Source: an uncultured Pseudomonadota bacterium
Lineage (GTDB): Bacteria > Myxococcota_A > Polyangia > Fen-1088
Assembly: GCA_963847705.1 (NCBI GenBank)
Contig: CAWKBC010000010.1
Span: 133,890 to 197,889 of the forward strand
Reading direction: 5' to 3'
Length of the DNA stretch: 64,000 nucleotides
Positions within the stretch are counted from its first letter, which is position 1. Every line of letters begins with the position of its first letter. Shown here piece by piece: positions 57,046 through 64,000 of the stretch. A program made the translations under genes and the position numbers. The notes below the pieces were generated by a model that was not told the origin of the DNA, did no database searches, and saw nothing but the letters and a program-made list of their open reading frames with translations.

Positions 57046-59822
57046 TTCACCTCGACGTTCACGGTGGCGATGCCGTCGTTCCCGAAGACGTCCGTGACGC
57101 GCGCGGCGATGCGGTACTGGCCGGGGTCGGTGTATTTGAGCTCGGCCACGAAGACCAGGGGCTCGGTCTCGCCCTTCGACTTGCGCAGGCGGAAGCTCTG
57201 CCAGTCGGTCTCGAAGATGGGCTTGTCGTCCTGGCCGACGCGGGTCCCGTAGTTCCAATCGACGGCCCAGAAGTCCACGAACTTCTGCCAACTGTCAGCC
57301 TTCTGCAGCCACTTCTGCAGCTCGACTTCGCGCGCGCTCCACTTTTCGGCCTCGGCCTCGAGCTTCCGGCGCGCGGTGGGAGTCGTGGCATCGGTGACGG
57401 GCTTCAGGACTGGGCGCTGGCTGGCCAGGAACGACTCGATGTCCACCTCGCAGCGTTCGAGGTGCAGCTTGACGATGCGGCCGGAGAGCTGGGGCGACAG
57501 CACGATCGACAGCGGCGCGTAGAAGGCTGGAATCGCCATCGACTCGATCGGTGCGTCGGGTGGACGGTTGAGAAGCTGCATCCGGCGCCGGACCTCGTCG
57601 ATGGCCTGGGCGGGAATCACGCGGATGGTGACCGTCACGCCGGTCTTGGCCTGAACGTCCTCCTTCTCGCTGCCCGACAACGTGTCGAAGTCGGCGGACA
57701 GAATTGTCACGGCGTGGGTGTTGGTGTGCTGGGCCTCGCGCGCGATGTTCCAGACCTGGCCTGAAGAGATCGGACCGTCCAGCGGGCCGACGTGGATCCA
57801 CGTGTTGCCCTTGCGGCCGTGGAGGAGCGCGGACTGCGCGACCGGCTCACCACCGAAGACGCGGATCATTTCGTCGCGGTAGACAGAGCGACGTGTTTGG
57901 AAGTCTTGCCAGGCCTCGGCGCGCTGGTAGACGCCCATATTCTCGACGGTGAAGGGGCGAACGTTGAAGGTGCCGGGACTGCGCTGCGCCTTCTCCTTGC
58001 GCTCGATGTTCTTGCACTTGTCGCACTCGACGTAGTCGTGCTGCGCCTTCTCGGGTGGACGGGGCTGACCGTGCAGTTGGATCAGGCGCTTGCGGGCGAG
58101 GTGGATGGCGTATTTCCCGTTGTCGATTCCGATCCAGCGACGACCGAGGCGTTCTGCGGCCTCGGCGGTGGTGCCGGAGCCAAGGAAACAGTCGAGGACC
58201 AGGCCGTTGGCTGGAGACGAAATCGCAACGATACGTTCCAGCAGAGAGAGAGGCTTCTGAGTCGGATATCCGAGCCCCTCAATTGCCATTGGATTTACCG
58301 GCGGAACGTCATCCCAGAGGTTCTGAATAGGCGTTCCGTCCTTTTCCTCAAGAAAGCTGCGACGCTGCAGCCTCTTCGTCTTGTCGACGGGGAAATCTAT
58401 ACGGCCCTCCGCGTCCATCTGCTGCATCGTCTCCGGTGAAACCGCCCATCCATTGGCCGGGGGCGGGTAACCCTTGTAGACGTAACGGAGGTTAGGCCGA
58501 GGATTCGGACTTGTCAGATTGTCCAACCTATAGAAACGGCCCCTGTCGTCTTTGAATTTGAACCGCCCCACGTACTCCGGATCGTGGGCCGTTGTTTGCC
58601 CTTTGAAAAAGGGAGTCTCACCGCAGGAATAGGCCAGAAGGCTATCGGTGACTGAACCTAGCTTATTGAACGTACCCATGTACCCGGTGCGTCGTTTCCA
58701 CGTAATCTCATTTTGGAAATGCTCATACCCAAATACTTCATCCATCAGCACCTTGACGTAGTGGACCGCGTGCCAATCTAGGTGCACGTAGATGCTGCCC
58801 GTCGGCCCCAGCAGTTCCTTCAGTAGCTCCAGCCGCCGTCGCAGCATCGTCAGGAAGCTATCCAGCCCCTGCCGCCACGTGTCTTTGTAGGCGAGAATCT
58901 CGACCAGTGACGGCTCCTTCTTCACCTGGACGTGCGCCTCGTCGTCGAGGTCGATGTCCACGGTGTTGTCGGCCCGGAAATCGTTGTTCACCATGAACGG
59001 CGGGTCGATGTAGACGAGGTCGACCTTGCCGCGGTAGCGCCAGTCACGCGTGACGGGATCTTTCTCGTCCAGTAACGTTTGCAGCGCCACCAGGTTGTCG
59101 TTCGTCCAAATGAGCCGGTTCGCCGGCAGCCCTCCGCCCTCTCGCGCCTCAACGGTCCGCGTATCGATACCGCTCAGCACAGCGCCGCGATCCACCGCGC
59201 GCCCGGGCCGCACGATCTCCACCACCTGAGAGGGGACCGACAGCGCCGCCTCCTTGCGCCACATCCCCTGCCACGCCAGCCGCGGCTTGCGCGCGGTAAC
59301 CTCCAACGTGATTTCGCGGCTGGATGGCGCGCGGGCCGTTGGCCCTGTCGAGAACGAAGGTACCGGCGCTGGAGCTGGCTGATCGCCGGCCGTTTCCGAT
59401 TGGACTGGCGGTGTGGGCGTGGGATTGGGCACGGCGCGCGCGACCGGCGCGACCCAGGGAAGCGACGGCTGGGCCGGCGACGGCGGGGTGAGCGCGAACG
59501 GGACGTCAACGCCCGCCTGGCTGCCCTTCTTGCCCTTCGGCGCGGGGCGTTCGTCGGCGCCCGACGCAGCCAGTATCCGATCGATGATGATCTGCTTCTC
59601 CCGTCCTTCGGCAGGCTCGCCGACAGCGAAGCAGATCGACTTCAGCGTGTCGCGCGACAGCGAAGGCAAAATGCGCTCCAGGGTGGCCCGCTTACTACCC
59701 GCGACCGTATCGATTAGCTCGTCCAGGCGCATCCCGGTGCTGACGTCCAGCTCCAGCCCGCGCCCGATCTCCAACAATTCGGCCCTGGTCAGGGCGCCCA
59801 GCGCGCGTCGCTTGAACGTCAT
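57042..59822 (-). CDS. mod: type III Mod subunit, beta-class N6/N4 DNA methyltransferase with N- and C-terminal extensions
   Basis: Motif IV YIDPPF precedes motif I DCFLGSGTT; SIYVHLDWH, YPTQKP; C-terminal WAVDW...VTDVFGND; ATGA overlap with yhcG. Confidence 0.9.
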   Translation of the reverse strand: MTFKRRALGALTRAELLEIGRGLELDVSTGMRLDELIDTVAGSKRATLERILPSLSRDTLKSICFAVGEPAEGREKQIIIDRILAASGADERPAPKGKKGSQAGVDVPFALTPPSPAQPSLPWVAPVARAVPNPTPTPPVQSETAGDQPAPAPVPSFSTGPTARAPSSREITLEVTARKPRLAWQGMWRKEAALSVPSQVVEIVRPGRAVDRGAVLSGIDTRTVEAREGGGLPANRLIWTNDNLVALQTLLDEKDPVTRDWRYRGKVDLVYIDPPFMVNNDFRADNTVDIDLDDEAHVQVKKEPSLVEILAYKDTWRQGLDSFLTMLRRRLELLKELLGPTGSIYVHLDWHAVHYVKVLMDEVFGYEHFQNEITWKRRTGYMGTFNKLGSVTDSLLAYSCGETPFFKGQTTAHDPEYVGRFKFKDDRGRFYRLDNLTSPNPRPNLRYVYKGYPPPANGWAVSPETMQQMDAEGRIDFPVDKTKRLQRRSFLEEKDGTPIQNLWDDVPPVNPMAIEGLGYPTQKPLSLLERIVAISSPANGLVLDCFLGSGTTAEAAERLGRRWIGIDNGKYAIHLARKRLIQLHGQPRPPEKAQHDYVECDKCKNIERKEKAQRSPGTFNVRPFTVENMGVYQRAEAWQDFQTRRSVYRDEMIRVFGGEPVAQSALLHGRKGNTWIHVGPLDGPISSGQVWNIAREAQHTNTHAVTILSADFDTLSGSEKEDVQAKTGVTVTIRVIPAQAIDEVRRRMQLLNRPPDAPIESMAIPAFYAPLSIVLSPQLSGRIVKLHLERCEVDIESFLASQRPVLKPVTDATTPTARRKLEAEAEKWSAREVELQKWLQKADSWQKFVDFWAVDWNYGTRVGQDDKPIFETDWQSFRLRKSKGETEPLVFVAELKYTDPGQYRIAARVTDVFGNDGIATVNVEVK

Positions 59823-59941
59823 CTTCGGCGCGGGATGATACACCGCCGGGGCCAGGCCCCCCGAACTCCCCGAGCGGGGGTCGCGGGTTGCTGACCGGGC
59901 ATTTGGCGATACCATGGCGCCGGCGACGGAGGCCGGCCCCT

Positions 59942-60886
59942 GTGAACATCCCCGACTACCAGTCCCTCATGCTGCCCCTCCTAGAGGCGCTTGCCGATGG
60001 CCGGGAACGCCTCGTCAGGGACGTGCGCGAGGACATAGCCGCCAAGTTTGGTCTGGGAGCGGCAGAGAGGGAGGCGCTGTTGCCCAGCGGCAAGCAGCCC
60101 ATCTTCGACAACCGCATCGGCTGGGCCAAGACCTACCTGGCCAAAGCCGGGCTGGTCTCGTCGGTCAGGAGGGGCGTCTATCAGCTTACCGATCGCGGTC
60201 GCTCCGTCGTCGCGTCGAAGCCGCCGCGGGTCGATGTGGCCTACCTGGCACGGTTCCCCGAGTTCGAAGAGTTCCGCCGGAAGGCTGAGAACGAGACCGA
60301 GGGCGTCGATAACCTGCCGAAGAGCGATGCCGGCCCCGACACTATCGCTGTGGGGGCTCCCGCGTCGACGCCCCAGGAATCTCTGGACGCCGCCTATCAT
60401 CAACTCAGGCGCGCAGTCGAGACCGAGCTGTTGGCGGCCGTCAGGGGTGCTTCGTTCCGCTTCTTCGAGCGTTTGGTGGTCGAGCTGCTGGTGAAGATGG
60501 GGTACGGCGGGTCCCTCAAGGATGCCGGCAAGGCCATCGGTCGCAGCGGAGACGACGGTCTGGACGGCATCATCAAGGAGGACCACCTTGGCCTGGACGC
60601 GATCTACGTCCAGGCGAAGCGATGGGAACGAACCGTCGGCCGCCCCGAGGTCCAGGCGTTCGCCGGCAGTCTCGAAGGCGTGCGCGGGCGCAAGGGCGTG
60701 TTCATCACGACGTCCACCTTCTCGAGCGACGCCCGCGAATACGTCTCGCGGATCGAAAAGAAGATCGTCCTGGTCGACGGCCAACAGCTCGCATCGCTGA
60801 TGACCGACTTCGGAATCGGCGTCACACCGGTGAGCACCTACGAGGTCAAGCGTGTGGATGGTGACTATTTCTCGGAGGAGGGTTGA
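59942..60886 (+). CDS. mrr: Mrr type IV restriction endonuclease (Mrr_N + Mrr_cat)
   Basis: IPDYQSLMLPLL, LPSGKQPIFDNRIGWAKTYL, FFERLVVELL..MGYGG, DDGLDGII, YVQAKRW, KGVFITTS. Confidence 0.95.
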   Translation: MNIPDYQSLMLPLLEALADGRERLVRDVREDIAAKFGLGAAEREALLPSGKQPIFDNRIGWAKTYLAKAGLVSSVRRGVYQLTDRGRSVVASKPPRVDVAYLARFPEFEEFRRKAENETEGVDNLPKSDAGPDTIAVGAPASTPQESLDAAYHQLRRAVETELLAAVRGASFRFFERLVVELLVKMGYGGSLKDAGKAIGRSGDDGLDGIIKEDHLGLDAIYVQAKRWERTVGRPEVQAFAGSLEGVRGRKGVFITTSTFSSDAREYVSRIEKKIVLVDGQQLASLMTDFGIGVTPVSTYEVKRVDGDYFSEEG

Positions 60887-60923
60887 TCGGTGGGCAGACA
60901 TACCTTTCACCGAGCGCCGCCCC

Positions 60924-62096
60924 GTGGCTGACCACCCTGATCTATTTCCGTACGCCGTCTACACCACGCTGGCGGGGACGGTCTTCACCCAGGCGCTTGC
61001 CGCCGGAGGTCTGACGTTCAAGGAGGGAAAGCGATGGACCGGCGCAACGCACCTGCTCGATGAGGCGCGCGCACAAGGCCAGCGGGTTGCGTTGCTGGTC
61101 TCGGACGGGGCGTACGACTGCTCGACGCTGATCGGCTGGGCCGTGCTGGATCGGGTTGAGCTAGCGGACGACGGAACGCGGGTCTGGGCGAGCGAGCTGC
61201 GACCCCTAAAACGACACCGAACGCAGGAGCTGCTTCTACGCAAGAGTGGTCAGCCAATCGCCGAAGGTTTCATCCGCCCGTACGCACTCGTCCACACGCC
61301 TAGGTTCCTACCGGCCGGGTCTCCACGGCCGCTCGGACGCGCGGATGCTGGCGATCCCCCGACTGTCTTCAGCTTCGGGTACGAGGGCTGCGGCTCGGGC
61401 ACCGCGCGTCTCGTGGCCGCGGTCGACAAGGTCGAACGGGAGCGTGGATTCGAGCCGCCGCTGTGGGTCGACGCACGCGTCTCGCGCAGCGTCCGGGCGA
61501 TCGGGTTTCGCGAGAAGGCGTTCGAGCAGCTGCTCGGCTCAGCCCGCTACCTCTGGATGCGCGACCTCGGCAACGAGCGCGTCCAGCAGGGCAGAGGGGG
61601 GATCCAGATCCGTCGTCCCGAGGCCGTGGCCGATCTCCTGCGGCTCGCTCTCGATACACCGCGCCGACGGGTCATCTATTTCTGCTCGTGTGCGGGAAGC
61701 TCTGGCGAATGTCACCGCCACGAAGTGGGGCGCCTGCTCCTTCGCCATGCAAGAGCGGTTGGTGCCCGAATAGCGCGGGTCGAATGGCCCGGTGGCCAGC
61801 CTGCCACGCTGGCGCTCGATATTGCCTCCACCGCCGCGCTCAAACGAAAGACCATCGACACGCGCGGCTTCCTCGGAGAGGCAGAAGCGGCCGCAGTGCC
61901 GTGGGGATCGCACGGCATCCTGAGCGTGGCGAAGCAGGAGGCCGAGCACGTCCTGCTGGGCCCAGCCCTCTTCGGCGAAAAGCAGACGGTCCTGCGCGTC
62001 GTTGAGCACCTCGGTCCCGAGTCGCCCGGGGACCCGCTGTCCATCGCGCGCCGCTGGCGGAAGGCGCACGGGACTGACGTGCAGGCAGTCGGATGA
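60924..62096 (+). CDS. multi-domain protein: unknown N-terminal domain + DUF488-like domain + short C-terminal domain
   Basis: VFSFGYEG, VDAR..RS....GF, YLWMRDLGN, FCSC.....CHR match the DUF488 pattern; start uncertain. Confidence 0.65.
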   Translation: MADHPDLFPYAVYTTLAGTVFTQALAAGGLTFKEGKRWTGATHLLDEARAQGQRVALLVSDGAYDCSTLIGWAVLDRVELADDGTRVWASELRPLKRHRTQELLLRKSGQPIAEGFIRPYALVHTPRFLPAGSPRPLGRADAGDPPTVFSFGYEGCGSGTARLVAAVDKVERERGFEPPLWVDARVSRSVRAIGFREKAFEQLLGSARYLWMRDLGNERVQQGRGGIQIRRPEAVADLLRLALDTPRRRVIYFCSCAGSSGECHRHEVGRLLLRHARAVGARIARVEWPGGQPATLALDIASTAALKRKTIDTRGFLGEAEAAAVPWGSHGILSVAKQEAEHVLLGPALFGEKQTVLRVVEHLGPESPGDPLSIARRWRKAHGTDVQAVG

Positions 62097-62132
62097 ATCG
62101 CACCGTGTCGCCACCGCGATCGGCGCAAGGGT

Positions 62133-64000
62133 CTAAAGATACTTCAACGGGCCACCGAGCCGACGCAGGAGCTCGATCTCGCCGTCCCGACCTTCGAGCC
62201 GGATCAATTTCTGTTCCTGGCCTTTGAGCCGGCCCTGCATCTCCTTACCCGGCGAGCTGAACGCGTAGCTGGCCGCTCGCTTTGCATAGGCGTCCCAGTC
62301 TCGTTTCTCCTTTGGTCGATCGGCTCGGGCGGCCTCCTTGATGGCGACGGCGATCGCGCCGCGGGAATGGCCGGTGACCGCCATTCGAACGGCGACCTCG
62401 GCGTCGAGCCGCGAAGGATCTGCGCGCCGCTGCGGCTGCTCTCGCATGATCTCGGCCAGATGGCGGCGATAGATCGCGGCCGGCGTCATGGACGTCGGTT
62501 GCGCCCGTGCCTGACGGTCCGGAGGGTCCGGTCTTCTCGTGGGCCGGAGGCGTTCGCGTTCTGCGGCGATCGCCTGCTGAAGGTTCGGGTTCGTGATCTT
62601 GAAGCCATGCTCGGCGGCCAGCTCGACGCAGGTCCGCTTGAATTGTTCGCTGCCGCGAACTGTGATGGCACCCCACTTCTGGGCGCTCAGCTGCAGGGCG
62701 GCCAGGACGCTTTCGCGTCGACCGCTGTCGTGGATGTCGATCGTTTTGCCGCGGTCGGTGAAGGCGGGTCCGCCTCGCGAGCCGCTCAAGTGATAGTGGA
62801 CCCTGCCGCCATCGACCACGGCGCTGAACGCCCGGATGTCCCGCGGCGCGGGTGGGTCGAATGTCGGTCCCTCGATGGTCGCCGGACGCCTCTCTCGGTG
62901 CCGCCACTTCTGGGCGTAGTCGCCCTTGAACCGGGACAGCCACTCCTCGCAGGAGGGAAAGCGACCCTTATTCCTTCGAAGGGCAGCCCGCTCCAGCTTA
63001 TGCCGGTCCCGCAGCTGGGCCTTTTCGCCCGCTTGGCGCGCCGCGAGCGTGCTCCGGAGGGCGTTGAGAAGCTCGCCCTTGCCCTTCCATGACCCGCCGA
63101 GGATGTCGGCTCGTTCCTGCCGATGCCGCTCGGCCGCGCGGCGCAGCTCCTTGCGCTGTTTGTCGATATTCAGCGCCCGGGCGGTGGCGCGCTCCTGGTA
63201 GTGCTTTCGCCGCTCCTCGGTGTACATCTGCAGCAGCGGCGATTTGGGCTCGAGGGAACGCGGAACGGACTGCGGCGTCGTGACCGTCGAGCCGGGCATG
63301 TACTCCCCGAGCCTCTTCTGAAGCGCCGACATGGAGCAGTCACGGCCGGCGGCGCTCGCTTTCACGGCCTGGTCGCCGACCCACAACACGGCGCCCGAGC
63401 CCTTCTTCTCGAACCGTATCCCCATGGGCGCGAGGGCTGCGTGCAGCTCTCGCCAGTTATGGACCCGCCTGATAAGCGGCGCGGCGTCTTCGATCGCGAC
63501 CCGCTCGGCGCTGCGCTCGCCGGCACGCTCCTCGAAGTCTCGCGCCCGAGCCGATGGCTGGCGCTCACCGTCCCCGCGGGGTCGCGCGCGCTCGGGCTCG
63601 CCATCCGGGCGAACGTCGTACAGAGGATGCGGCGCGGGCTCCCACCGCTGCCACAGCTCAATGCGAGCGATCGCCCGGTGCGCGATCTCATGGTCAAAGC
63701 CCTTGTTGACGGTGACGAGCCTTTCCGTCTCGGGGTTGACACGGTTCACGGCGACATGGACGTGCCAGATGTTCGTGTTGCGGTGGAGCGCATAGATCGC
63801 TTGATGCTCGGCGAGCCCCATCTCACCGAGGAACATCCTGACCGCTTCGTCGGCCTGTGCGGTGGTCGGCTGCTCGTTTTCCCGCCAGCTCAAGATCCAG
63901 TGCTGGACGGGCTGCGGGCTGCGCTTGGCGATCTCCGCGAGATCGATCATCTCCTGGACCTGGCTGTCGTGATCGATGTTTAAGAGGTTGAGCGCCCCCC
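62133..64000 (-). CDS. MOBP (TraI/MobA-type) relaxase with LPD7-like domain, 5' end beyond the window
   Basis: HWILSW..NEQP, ALHRNTNIWHVHVAVNRVNP (HUH); AFTDRG...AALQLSAQKWGAITVRGSEQFK; frame open to base 64000. Confidence 0.9.
   Translation of the reverse strand, partial: GALNLLNIDHDSQVQEMIDLAEIAKRSPQPVQHWILSWRENEQPTTAQADEAVRMFLGEMGLAEHQAIYALHRNTNIWHVHVAVNRVNPETERLVTVNKGFDHEIAHRAIARIELWQRWEPAPHPLYDVRPDGEPERARPRGDGERQPSARARDFEERAGERSAERVAIEDAAPLIRRVHNWRELHAALAPMGIRFEKKGSGAVLWVGDQAVKASAAGRDCSMSALQKRLGEYMPGSTVTTPQSVPRSLEPKSPLLQMYTEERRKHYQERATARALNIDKQRKELRRAAERHRQERADILGGSWKGKGELLNALRSTLAARQAGEKAQLRDRHKLERAALRRNKGRFPSCEEWLSRFKGDYAQKWRHRERRPATIEGPTFDPPAPRDIRAFSAVVDGGRVHYHLSGSRGGPAFTDRGKTIDIHDSGRRESVLAALQLSAQKWGAITVRGSEQFKRTCVELAAEHGFKITNPNLQQAIAAERERLRPTRRPDPPDRQARAQPTSMTPAAIYRRHLAEIMREQPQRRADPSRLDAEVAVRMAVTGHSRGAIAVAIKEAARADRPKEKRDWDAYAKRAASYAFSSPGKEMQGRLKGQEQKLIRLEGRDGEIELLRRLGGPLKYL

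Larger units (their letters stand above)
46023..64000. mobile_element. integrative mobilizable/conjugative element with defence cargo, continues past the right edge
   Basis: Starts at the split tRNA; arm-like repeats; R-M/Mrr cargo; MOBP relaxase; visibly more A/T-ending codons than the backbone. Integrase not in window. Confidence 0.82.

Overview
High-GC window that looks like Myxococcota (probably Polyangia-like), judged from the many eukaryotic-type Ser/Thr kinases, CotH lipoproteins and hybrid histidine kinases; the taxon is an inference. Bases 1-46.0 kb are mostly chromosomal backbone: a signalling/general-stress cluster (NtrC-type regulator, CHASE3 hybrid kinases, cheR/cheB, treZ, glycogen debranching enzyme), secreted proteins, a lipoprotein fusing a truncated globin to a blue-copper domain, a translationally coupled Zorya-like MotA/MotB operon, a small islet at tRNA-Leu(CAA), a 3x79-bp hairpin repeat, panD, rpoZ and an RlmI-like methyltransferase. 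At ~46.02 kb a tRNA-Gly(CCC) is cut off at its anticodon loop. It is followed by integrase-arm-like repeats and a mobilizable defence island that runs off the right edge. The island carries a frameshifted AEP primase-SF2 helicase next to a MutL paralogue with a degenerate endonuclease motif, a type III R-M operon (mod-yhcG-res) whose Res subunit ends in an intact LexA-like S24 autopeptidase domain, Mrr, a DUF488 fusion protein and a MOBP relaxase. Best novelty candidates: the Res-S24 fusion, the helicase-MutL pair, the Zorya-like operon with unrecognised partners, and the globin-cupredoxin lipoprotein. All family calls come from reading motifs by eye; no searches were run.
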